A stretch of 64,000 nt of DNA from Gemmatimonadaceae bacterium (GTDB lineage: Bacteria > Gemmatimonadota > Gemmatimonadetes > Gemmatimonadales > Gemmatimonadaceae), in contig JBPCPS010000141.1 in NCBI GenBank assembly GCA_050998915.1, positions 5,878 to 69,877 on the forward strand, written 5' to 3'. Position 1 is the stretch's first letter. Each line of letters starts with the position of its first letter. Position numbers and translations under genes: made by a program. The notes under the pieces were generated by a model, which was not told the DNA's origin, searched no databases, and saw only the letters and a program-made list of their open reading frames with translations. Below, piece after piece: positions 8,426 to 16,569 of the stretch.

Positions 8426-9405
8426 AGATCACTCTGCTGCACACGCAGGACGCGCTGGAGGATCCGCTCGATCCGGTGCTTGCCCAGATCGACGACGCGC
8501 TCGTGCGTCTCGGGCACGAGCCGTCGCGGATCGTGGTAGACGACAAGGTTCAGCCGGTCGTCACGGCGCTGGCGCAGTCGCCACCGGATCTGCTATTCAA
8601 CTTGTGCGAGTCGTTCGGCGGGCGAAGCGCGCTCGAATCCAACGTCGCCGCGCTGCTCAACCTGCTCGACCTGCGGTACACCGGTTCGAGTCCGGCCGGG
8701 CTCATCGTCGCCGGCGACAAGACGCTCACGAAGAAGGTGCTTTCCTTCCACGGTATCACCACGCCGAAGTTTGCCACGGTCTTTCGCGGCACCGTGGACT
8801 GGGCCGGCGACGTCGAGTTCCCGCTCATCGTGAAGCCGCCGCAGGAAGACGCGTCGCTCGGCATCACCGGCAAGTCGGTAGTGCGCGACGTGAAGGAGCT
8901 ACTGGAAACCATGAGCTCGCTGCAGACGGAGTACAAGTCCGCGGTGCTCGCCGAGCAGTTCATTGAGGGGCGCGAGTTCTACGTGGGAGTGCTCGGCAAT
9001 TCCAGTCCGGAAGCTCTTCCCGTGATCGAGCTGGACTTCACGGGATTCCCTCCGGACAAGCCGCGGATCGCGAGCTGGGCGGCCAAGTGGGGCGATGAAG
9101 GGGATGAATCCGGCGCCGAGTTCGCGGGCACGAAATCGGTATTCCCGACGGACGTGAGCGAGGATTTGATCGTTGCCATGCAGCAGGTCGCGGTGGATTC
9201 CTTCAATGCGCTGCGCCTGCGCGACTACGCGCGCATCGACCTGCGCGTCACCGACGCGGGCGAAATCTACGTGATAGAAGCGAACCCCAACTGCTACCTC
9301 GAGGCCGGGAGCGAGTTCGCGCGTGCGGCGGCTGAAGCCGGGATGCAATACGATCAGCTGATCGAGAAGATCATGGAGTTGGCCACTGCGAGATACTCGC
9401 GCTAA
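8422..9405 (+). CDS. ATP-grasp ligase, D-alanine--D-alanine ligase-like
   Basis: MKITLLHTQ..., FPLIVKPPQEDASLGI, AEQFIEGREFYVGVLGN, DYARIDLRV...IYVIEANPN (ATP-grasp Mg/ATP motifs). ATG 8422 overlaps the peptidase stop. Confidence 0.8.
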   Translation: MKITLLHTQDALEDPLDPVLAQIDDALVRLGHEPSRIVVDDKVQPVVTALAQSPPDLLFNLCESFGGRSALESNVAALLNLLDLRYTGSSPAGLIVAGDKTLTKKVLSFHGITTPKFATVFRGTVDWAGDVEFPLIVKPPQEDASLGITGKSVVRDVKELLETMSSLQTEYKSAVLAEQFIEGREFYVGVLGNSSPEALPVIELDFTGFPPDKPRIASWAAKWGDEGDESGAEFAGTKSVFPTDVSEDLIVAMQQVAVDSFNALRLRDYARIDLRVTDAGEIYVIEANPNCYLEAGSEFARAAAEAGMQYDQLIEKIMELATARYSR

Positions 9406-9407
9406 TG

Positions 9408-9436
9408 AAAAAAGCCGGCGACCGGCCGGCTTTCCT
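9408..9436. terminator. Bidirectional terminator hairpin between convergent genes
   Basis: AAAAAAGCCGG-CGACCGG-CCGGCTTTCC: 8-bp stem flanked by an A-run and a T-run. Confidence 0.55.
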
Positions 9437-9472
9437 CTTCATCTATTCCGCCGACGAGCGGCGGCAGCGCCT

Positions 9473-9616
9473 CTAGCGCTTGCGCTTCTTGGCCGAGCTC
9501 TTCCGCGCGCTCTTGCGGGCGGTCTTGCGGCCCGTGCTCTTGCGGGCGCTCTTGCGGGCCGTCTTGCGGCCGGCGGTCTTTTTCCGACCCGAGCTCTTCT
9601 TCTTTCTGGCTGCCAT
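9473..9616 (-). CDS. Small highly basic Lys/Arg-rich protein (47 aa; histone H1-like or nucleoid-associated)
   Basis: MAARKKKSSGRKKTAGRKTARKSARKSTGRKTARKSARKSSAKKRKR with an internal GRKTARKSARKS repeat. GGAG lies 8 nt upstream of ATG 9616. The longer 77-aa ORF start is unlikely. Confidence 0.6.
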   Translation of the reverse strand: MAARKKKSSGRKKTAGRKTARKSARKSTGRKTARKSARKSSAKKRKR

Positions 9617-9680
9617 CGTCTCGCTCCATTCAGGAGTGAATTTCTCACCTGTCCACCGGTGGACCGGCGAGCATAGCGAA

Positions 9681-9742
9681 TGCAACTTCGAACGTTGCAC
9701 GATCACGGTGCTTGCACGAACAACATGTTTGCAACCGTGATC
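9681..9742. promoter_or_regulatory. Two adjacent palindromes (operator-like) upstream of the basic-protein gene
   Basis: TGCAAC-N7-GTTGCA at 9681-9699. GATCACGGT...ACCGTGATC at 9701-9742 (9-bp perfect arms). TTGCA recurs four times. Confidence 0.35.
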
Positions 9743-9960
9743 GACGCGAATATATGAATCGACGTGTCAATCACGCAATAGCAAATCTTTCACGCCGGAT
9801 TTTGGATTTTGGTTTTTGGTTGCGTCCTTCATCTTGTATTTGCGTCGGGATCATCGTGTTTCGCACCTCCTTGTTGCTTGTCAGTTGACGGCGGGGATGC
9901 TTTCTTCTTTCCTACCATGATCATTGACGAACCACAAACAACAATCCACATACCGCTCCG

Positions 9961-10986
9961 GTGAAGGCTCTCGTGAAGGACACGGCGGCGCCGGGGTTCG
10001 TCTTGCGCGACGTGCCCGTGCCAAAGATCCGCGACGACGAAGTCCTCATTCGCGTGCGGCGCGCGGGCGTCTGCGGCACCGACGTTCACATCTACGAGTG
10101 GGATCGCTGGGCCAGCAGCAGGTGCAAACCGCCGTTCGTCGTCGGGCACGAGTTCGCCGGCGAAGTGACGCGCGTCGGCAAGCTCGTCACCGACGTGCAC
10201 GAAGGTGATCGCGTGACTGCCGAAGGCCACATCGTTGACGGCAGGTGCCTGCTCTGCCGCACGGGCAACGCCCACGTCTGCCCCCACACGAAGATCATCG
10301 GCGTGGATCGCGACGGGTGTTTTGCGGAGTACATCGCGATGCCGGCCAGCAACGTGTGGCACCTCGACGACGCCATTTCGTTCGACGTCGGCGGCATCCA
10401 CGATCCCATTGGCAACGCGGTGCATACCGCGCTCACGGCGGACATTCCGGGCGCGATCGTGCTCGTGACGGGGTGCGGGCCGATCGGCCTCTTTGCCATC
10501 GGTGTTTGCCGCGCGGCTGGCGCGGCGCGGGTCATTGCGTCCGACGTGAACGACAAAAGGCTGGACCTCGCGCGCACCATGGGTGCGCACACGGCGGTCC
10601 ACCCAGCCGACCTGAAGGCCGCGGTGATGAGCGCGACCGACGGACTGGGCGCCGACGTCGTGCTCGAGATGTCCGGAGTCGATCCGGCGGTGCATCAGGC
10701 GCTCGCGCTCGTGCGCGTCGGCGGACGCGTACAGCTGCTCGGCATACCGGCGGCGCCGATCGAGATCGATCTCGCTTCGGAAGTGATCTTCAAGGGGATC
10801 ACCATTTACGGCGTGGTCGGTCGCAAGATGTACGACACCTGGCACCAGGTCACCAGACTGCTTCGCTCGGGACAGTTCGACCCGGCCCCTGTGATCACGC
10901 ACCGCTTTCCGCTGGAAGAGGCCGACGCTGCGATCGCGGCAATCAAGTCCGGCGACGCGGGAAAGGTCATTTTCGCGATAGCCTGA
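9961..10986 (+). CDS. tdh: L-threonine 3-dehydrogenase
   Basis: Zn-ADH family: GVCGTDVHIYEWD, GHEFAGEV, CGPIGL Rossmann motif. Directly followed by kbl, the classic tdh-kbl pair. Confidence 0.92.
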   Translation: MKALVKDTAAPGFVLRDVPVPKIRDDEVLIRVRRAGVCGTDVHIYEWDRWASSRCKPPFVVGHEFAGEVTRVGKLVTDVHEGDRVTAEGHIVDGRCLLCRTGNAHVCPHTKIIGVDRDGCFAEYIAMPASNVWHLDDAISFDVGGIHDPIGNAVHTALTADIPGAIVLVTGCGPIGLFAIGVCRAAGAARVIASDVNDKRLDLARTMGAHTAVHPADLKAAVMSATDGLGADVVLEMSGVDPAVHQALALVRVGGRVQLLGIPAAPIEIDLASEVIFKGITIYGVVGRKMYDTWHQVTRLLRSGQFDPAPVITHRFPLEEADAAIAAIKSGDAGKVIFAIA

Positions 10987-10996
10987 GAGATCCCAC

Positions 10997-12205
10997 ATGA
11001 CATTGAACGCGAAGTTCACCGCGCAGATCGAGGAGCGAATCGATCAGCTCCGGGCCGAGGGCGTGTACAAACGCCTCAACCACCTCGACTCGCCGCAGGG
11101 CGCGCGCGTCATCATGGAAGGCCGCGGCGAGGTTCTCATCCTGTCGTCGAACAACTATCTGGGTCTCGCCGCCCAGCGCGAAGTCGTCAACGCCGGCAAG
11201 CTCGCGCTCGACAAGTTCGGCGCCGGCACCGGCAGCGTGCGATTCATATGCGGCACTTTCACGATCCACCGCGATCTCGAGGCGGCGCTCGCACAGCTCG
11301 TCGGCACCGAGGCGTCGCTGTCGTACGTCTCGGCGTGGAATGCCAACGAAGGGCTGACGGCGACCATCGTCGAGCAGGGCGACTTCGTCGTTTCCGACGC
11401 GCTCAACCATGCGTCGATCATCGACTCGATGCGGTTGGCGAAAGCGATCGGCAAGTGCGAAACGGGTGTGTACAAGCACTCCGACATGGATGACCTAAGG
11501 CAGCAGCTCGTGGCCGCCCGGAGCGCGCGGCGCCGCGTCATCTGGACGGATGGCGTCTTCTCCATGGAAGGAAGTATCGCGCGACTGCCCGAGATCCTGC
11601 AGATCGCGCGTGAGCACGACGCGGTCGTCGCCGTGGACGATTCGCACGCGACCGGCGTTCTCGGCGCTACCGGCCGCGGGACCCCGGAGCATTTTGGCGT
11701 GGTTGGAGAGGTGGACGTGATCACGTCTACGCTCGGCAAGGCGCTCGGGGGGGCTGCCGGCGGTTTCGTGGCCGGATCAGCCGCGCTGTGCGACATGCTG
11801 ACGCAGCGGTCGCGCCCCCAGCTGTTCTCGAATGCGTTGCCGCCGACCGTCGCGGCCAGCGCGCTAGCCTCGGTGAACTTCCTTCGGGCCAACCCGGGAC
11901 GCGTCACCACTCTCCGGGAGAACGCGAATTACTTCCGCGCTGCCATCACCGAAGCGGGATTTGCCCCGCTCGCCGGGGAGACGCCCATTGTCCCTATAAT
12001 CATCGGAGAAACGGCCACCGCCATGAGAATGAGTGACATGTTGCTGGAGGAGGGCGTCTTCGTAACGGGCTTCGGCTTTCCGGTCGTGCCCCAGGGGGAG
12101 GCGCGCATCCGATGTCAGGTGAGTGCGGCCCACACCCGTGCAGACCTGGACGAGGCGATCGCCGCGTTCAAGGTTGTAGGCAAGAAGGTCGGACTTCTCA
12201 AATGA
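10997..12205 (+). CDS. kbl: 2-amino-3-ketobutyrate CoA ligase (glycine C-acetyltransferase)
   Basis: Alpha-oxoamine synthase family: NNYLGL, DDSHATGVLG, STLGKALGG (PLP lysine). Confidence 0.92.
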   Translation: MTLNAKFTAQIEERIDQLRAEGVYKRLNHLDSPQGARVIMEGRGEVLILSSNNYLGLAAQREVVNAGKLALDKFGAGTGSVRFICGTFTIHRDLEAALAQLVGTEASLSYVSAWNANEGLTATIVEQGDFVVSDALNHASIIDSMRLAKAIGKCETGVYKHSDMDDLRQQLVAARSARRRVIWTDGVFSMEGSIARLPEILQIAREHDAVVAVDDSHATGVLGATGRGTPEHFGVVGEVDVITSTLGKALGGAAGGFVAGSAALCDMLTQRSRPQLFSNALPPTVAASALASVNFLRANPGRVTTLRENANYFRAAITEAGFAPLAGETPIVPIIIGETATAMRMSDMLLEEGVFVTGFGFPVVPQGEARIRCQVSAAHTRADLDEAIAAFKVVGKKVGLLK

Positions 12206-12858
12206 GGAACGTCATGCCTCTGGGCTCTATTATCCGCGCGTTGGGCATCACCGCTTTGCTCGCGACGACCGTGCAGGCGCAGGAATCGCGACCGTTTCGT
12301 GACTCGTGGTTCTGGGGCGCGAAGATCGGGACGCTGTCCGTCGGCACGACGGAGACGGGCCGCACCTGGGCGCCGAGCATCGGTGCGGAGTGGCTGATCA
12401 CGCGCAGCGCCGGCGGGCTGTGGGTGTTCGCGGACCACACGAACTTCGACATCCGGACGTCGGTGGCCGATCCGGCGGCTACGGGCGGGCGGCGCGACGT
12501 GGACCTGCGCAATCTCCGGCGCTTTGGATTCGCCGCGGTCGTGTCGCCGCGCGCGTTCGGGATCGTCCGGCCATATGCCGGGCTGGGCATGTCGCTCAAC
12601 GTGATCGGGCGGGCCATCGCCGCCGTCGATAGCGCGGGAAATCCGGCGGATAATTCCCTGCGCACCTCGATAGAGGATCAGCGCAGCCGCGCCTCGGTGC
12701 TCGGACTCGCGGGCGTGCAAGCGCAGCTCTCCCGGGCGGCACTGTTCACGCAGCTCACGGCGACTCCGGCGAGCACGAGGTTCCTGCTGAACGACGGGCC
12801 ACTGGTCGGCGTAGATGTCGGTGTCCGTTTCAATTTTGGAAGTTCAGTAGCGAGGTAA
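12202..12858 (+). CDS. Secreted protein, probable outer-membrane beta-barrel
   Basis: Signal peptide ALGITALLATTVQAQ followed by alternating-hydrophobicity strands. ATG overlaps the kbl stop. Confidence 0.5.
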   Translation: MRNVMPLGSIIRALGITALLATTVQAQESRPFRDSWFWGAKIGTLSVGTTETGRTWAPSIGAEWLITRSAGGLWVFADHTNFDIRTSVADPAATGGRRDVDLRNLRRFGFAAVVSPRAFGIVRPYAGLGMSLNVIGRAIAAVDSAGNPADNSLRTSIEDQRSRASVLGLAGVQAQLSRAALFTQLTATPASTRFLLNDGPLVGVDVGVRFNFGSSVAR

Positions 12859-12880
12859 GGGCCGAGCCTCGGAGCGTCAC

Positions 12881-13015
12881 CTGGCTCCTGGAATATTCCC
12901 ACCGGGATGCAAGCCGTGAGTGAGAGTTGATGAGTTTGGGTTCGGAGTGAGACCCCCATCACCCTGACTCATGAACTCATAACCCACAGCTTGCATCCCG
13001 GTTGGAATATCCATG
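12881..13015. repeat. Palindromic intergenic element, family A, copy 1
   Basis: Arms CTGGAATATTCCCACCGGGATGCAAGC (12888-12914) and GCTTGCATCCCGGTTGGAATATCCATG (12989-13015). The first ~55 nt are near-identical to 60093-60147. Lies between convergent genes. Confidence 0.8.
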
Positions 13016-13020
13016 AGCTT

Positions 13021-13644
13021 CTAGCCCCTCGACACGAAATCGTTGTTCCTTATGTACCATCGAAGCGGCCAGTCGGCCGCTTTTTTTATCCCTATGCGAG
13101 GAGCAACCACGACCTCGCGGTCAGCGACGCGCTCGCCTTCCCGGATGACCAGCGACCCGCGCTGCAGGCTGGCCTCGTTGTGCTCCCGGCCGATGCCAAG
13201 AGCGATGCACAGCTTCCCCGGCCCGTTGGTGAGCTCGCGATCGGATCGGACCTGCCCCCGGCGCGCGCGCATAAGGTCGATCCCGGCGAGCGGCTCCAGC
13301 GCACGGATCAGCACCGCGCTCGGCAATCCCTCCGCGCGCGTCACGGCATTGACGCACCAGTACATGCCGTAGATGAAGTACACGTACGCGGTGCCCGGCC
13401 TGCCATACAGCGGACCGGTGCGCTTCGTCCTGCCCGCGGCCGCGTGACAAGCGGGGTCGTGCTCGCCGATGTACGCCTCGCTCTCGACGATGATCCCCGA
13501 CGCCTTCCCTCCGGGTGCGGTGCATTCCAGAACGCACCCGAGCAGATCGCGCGAAACGAGTTCCGTATCGCGGTCGTAGAACGCCGCGGAAAGGATGTTC
13601 CCTGAACGAGAACGCCGCGCGGAGAGCGCGGCGTTCGTTTTCAA
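13021..13644 (-). CDS. DNA-3-methyladenine glycosylase (Mpg/AAG family)
   Basis: LLGCVL, ESEAYIGEHDPACHA, GTAYVYFIYGMYWCVN, NGPGKLC. Confidence 0.85.
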   Translation of the reverse strand: MKTNAALSARRSRSGNILSAAFYDRDTELVSRDLLGCVLECTAPGGKASGIIVESEAYIGEHDPACHAAAGRTKRTGPLYGRPGTAYVYFIYGMYWCVNAVTRAEGLPSAVLIRALEPLAGIDLMRARRGQVRSDRELTNGPGKLCIALGIGREHNEASLQRGSLVIREGERVADREVVVAPRIGIKKAADWPLRWYIRNNDFVSRG

Positions 13645-15056
13645 CCTTCGCTCTCCGCGCCTGAAGACGCGGGAGGCGCACCCGCATCTTTCTTTTTTCT
13701 CCTCGGCGCGCGTGGCTTCTTCGCCGCGCTCTGTCGGGGCGCCGGAGCTTCGGCGCCGGAAGTCTTCTCGCCGGCGGCCTTCTTCGCCGCACCGCCGCGC
13801 GTACGGCCCCGCCTGCGCGGGCGCGGTGATGCCGGCGCGTCACCGGCGGCCGGCACGTCGCCATTCTCCGCCGGGCTGCCGGCCGGCGGTGCGTCATTCA
13901 ACTCGACAACGCCAACCGAAAGCAGATCTGCCGGAGGTGCTCCGCGGCGTCCACGGATCGGTGCCCGCCCGCGGCTGATTCCGCGCGCGCGCGCAGCGGA
14001 TTCGGCAGGCGCGGTGCGCGATGCCGCTGCGAGCCCAAGTTGATCGCCTACGGTAAACTCCTGCGGCACGCTGGTCGCGACCGGCGGAGTGGATTCCACG
14101 TTACCGGGCGCGCCCTTGCCGCGGCCGCGGCCTCCACGGGACCGGCTGCCCCTGCCCCCGCGCTCCCGCGCGGGCTCACCCGGCCGCGCGGCCTGCGCCG
14201 TCGGCGCGGCGTCGGCCTTGGCGTGGATTCCGGCGCTCGGCGCGTCAATCTCGATTTGGCCGTTCTCCATCTTCTTGAGCGTCAGCAGCTTGCGCTGCGC
14301 CGCCTCGGTCACGAACCGGGAGAACTTGGACATGCCGAGATTCTTCTCGTCGAACGAGCTGTCCATCTGCTGCATGACCTGCTTCAGCCGGTCGGCCCGC
14401 ATCACGTCGCCATTCTTCTTCATGTGGGCGACGGCCGCGCTGACGAGCTCCCACGGGTCGCGCGGAACGACGTCTTCGTCGCCGCTCTTCACCAGCCCCG
14501 CGAGCGCGTTGTAGCTTTAATACTCGTCGCAGTTCTGGACGAGCAGATCGCTCGACGACTCGCGGATCCCGACGCCGATAACGTACTTGCCGTATTCCTT
14601 GAGCTTGATGACCAGGCTCGAGAAGTCGGAGTCGCCGGAGAGCAGGATGAACGTACCGATCTCGGGACGCGTGAACACCAACTCCAGGGCGTCGATCGCC
14701 AGCCGGATGTCGGTCGCGTTCTTCTTGGATGACCCGTACGCGGGCGCGAAGATGAGATCGATGGACGCTTCGGCGAGCGGCACGATGTACTGCGGGTACC
14801 GGCGCCAGTCCGCGTACGCGCGCTGAACCGAGACCTTTCCCTTGACTATCTCGGAGGAGAGGAGGTTCTTCAGCTCGCTCTGGAGATCCGACCGGATGCC
14901 CATCGTGACGTTGTCGAAGTCGATGAGCAGCGCCGCGTTCGGAGCGTGATGAACGGGCGAGCCGACGGGGTGTGACAGGGCCTGGGGCCCGCGATAAACG
15001 GGTTTTACCGGAGGACGCGATTGATTCGGCGTCGTCCGCATGGAACTTGGACTCAT
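13641..15056 (-). pseudogene. NYN (LabA-like) + OST-HTH/LOTUS domain gene interrupted by an in-frame TAA
   Basis: 14520-15056 encodes the NYN domain (LLIDFDN ... ILLSGDSDF ... VIGVG). A TAA sits at 14517-14519. The same frame continues SYNALAGLVKSGDEDVV... into a LOTUS domain and an Arg/Ala/Pro-rich tail down to 13641. Confidence 0.7.
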
Positions 15057-15127
15057 ACCTTCCTGAGGAGAAATACGTCGTGCCGCAAACTTCTATAACT
15101 TAGCCAAGTCACTGTGAATAGGTAACT

Positions 15128-16417
15128 TTGGCGCCCAAATTGGCTTCCCGCCCGCCCCGATTCCGCACGCGGCTGCTGGTCATCCTCCTGGCCTTCGCGC
15201 TCGCGCCGGCCGTGCTGCTCACGCTTGCCTGGAGCGGAACGGTCCGAACGGCCGTGCCGCTCATCACCGGATCCGGAGGTTGGGAGAACGTCACCAGCAG
15301 CGGCCGGGCGGTCATCGCGGTGGCGCGGGACAAGCGTCTGACGGACGCCGAGCGCCGGATCGTCGCAACGCACGAACAGGAGCTCGGGGCCTCGCTGGAG
15401 CAATCGCGGCGCTACCGGTACGTCGCCGAGCGAGCCGCGCAGGTCATCGGCATTCTCGCGCTCATCACGCTGATCGTATTCACTCTGATCGCATCGAAGG
15501 TCGCCGGCCACCTCAGCCGGCAGCTCAGCCGCCCGCTGCACGAGCTCGTGCGCTGGGCCGAACTGATCTCCCGCGGCGAGCCCCTTCCGGAAACGGTGAG
15601 CAGCAGAGGAGCGCCCGAGTTCGAGACCCTGCGACAGCGCATGCGCCGGATGGCGATCGAGATCGCCGAAGGCCGCCGCCGCGCCGTGGAGCAGGAGCGG
15701 CTGCAGGCGCTGCGTGAAAGCGCAAGGCAGTTCGCGCACGAGCTGAAGAATCCACTGACGCCGATTCGATTCGCGGTCGACCGGATCGCCGCCGCCGCCC
15801 CCGCCGATATGGCCGAGAGCATCGACGTACTCAAAACGGAGACGCGGCGTCTGGAGCGGATGGCGCGCAGCTTCGCCGATTTCGGGCGGCTGCCGGCCGG
15901 AGCCGTGGCGGAGATTGACGTCGGCGAGCTCGTGCGATACGCCGCGAGTGCCAGCGTACCGCACGACTTCGCGCTGGACCTCGAGATCGCGCCGAATCTG
16001 CCGCACGTCCGAGGCCACCATGACGCGCTCGCGGCGGCGCTGTCGAACGTTTTCATCAATGCCGTCGAAGCCTGCGCCGGTGCCGGTGCCGGTGCCGGTG
16101 CCGGTGCCGGTGCCGGAAAAATCACTGTGCGCGTGAGCGAGGAGCGCGGGAACGGGGCAACGTCGGTACGCATATCCGTCACGGACAACGGCTGCGGGAT
16201 CGCGCCCGAGAAGCTCGACGCCATCTGGGAGCCGTATATTACGAACAAGCCGGGTGGCACCGGCCTCGGCCTCGCGATCGCGCGGCAAACCGTGCTCGCG
16301 CACGGAGGAAACGTTTCCGGGTCCAGCCGCCCGAGCGAGGGCACCACGATCGGGATCACACTGCCGGTCGCAGACCAACCGCGAGTCGCGGACCCTGCGT
16401 CCACTGCCACAGGATGA
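15128..16417 (+). CDS. Sensor histidine kinase, NtrY/NtrB-like (2 TM, HAMP, HisKA, HATPase_c)
   Basis: Two hydrophobic segments, H-box FAHELKNPLTPI, N-box LSNVFINAVEA, G2 box GGTGLGLAIA. Confidence 0.88.
   Translation: MAPKLASRPPRFRTRLLVILLAFALAPAVLLTLAWSGTVRTAVPLITGSGGWENVTSSGRAVIAVARDKRLTDAERRIVATHEQELGASLEQSRRYRYVAERAAQVIGILALITLIVFTLIASKVAGHLSRQLSRPLHELVRWAELISRGEPLPETVSSRGAPEFETLRQRMRRMAIEIAEGRRRAVEQERLQALRESARQFAHELKNPLTPIRFAVDRIAAAAPADMAESIDVLKTETRRLERMARSFADFGRLPAGAVAEIDVGELVRYAASASVPHDFALDLEIAPNLPHVRGHHDALAAALSNVFINAVEACAGAGAGAGAGAGAGKITVRVSEERGNGATSVRISVTDNGCGIAPEKLDAIWEPYITNKPGGTGLGLAIARQTVLAHGGNVSGSSRPSEGTTIGITLPVADQPRVADPASTATG
16076..16117 (+). repeat. Hexanucleotide tract (GCCGGT)x6+GCCGGA encoding (Ala-Gly)7 inside the kinase ATPase domain
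   Basis: Read directly from the sequence; in frame; lies immediately after the N-box helix. Confidence 0.95.
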
Positions 16418-16424
16418 ATCATCG

Positions 16425-16556
16425 ATGAACATTCCGGGCGAGTTGATCCCGATAGTCCTGTTCATCATGATTGGGTTGACGTTCGTGTTCCATCCGAGAA
16501 GGCACCAAGCGGCCGCGCTCCCCGCGGGCGCCGACAGGTCCGCCGCCCCCCGCTGA
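16425..16556 (+). CDS. Possible 43-aa single-pass membrane peptide between kinase and regulator
   Basis: MNIPGELIPIVLFIMIGLTFVFHPRRHQ... starts 8 nt after the kinase stop. Codon usage is less GC3-biased than neighbours, so support is weak. Confidence 0.25.
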   Translation: MNIPGELIPIVLFIMIGLTFVFHPRRHQAAALPAGADRSAAPR

Positions 16557-16569
16557 CCTCCCGATCAGC

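Noticed and set aside
9797-9822. GGATTTTGGATTTTGGTTTTTGGTTG T/G-rich mini-repeat
   Set aside because: It is a short, imperfect, single occurrence in an AT-richer promoter region. There is no evidence for function beyond possible DNA curvature.
12991-13605. 204-aa plus-strand ORF starting inside repeat A1
   Set aside because: It starts within the palindromic element and is entirely antisense to the well-supported Mpg glycosylase gene.
14517-14519. Stop-codon reassignment or suppression as the explanation for the in-frame TAA (14517) and TAG (31673)
   Set aside because: TAA and TAG terminate well-defined genes in this window at expected protein ends: TAG at 661-663; TAA at 6938-6940, 9403-9405, 12856-12858 and 17935-17937; TAG at 56433-56435. 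A genome-wide recoding is therefore not supported. Local readthrough cannot be excluded.
15120-15145. TGGCGC-N5-TTGG near the kinase start as a sigma54 promoter
   Set aside because: The -12 element has GG where GC is required at the canonical spacing, and the motif overlaps the kinase start codon itself.
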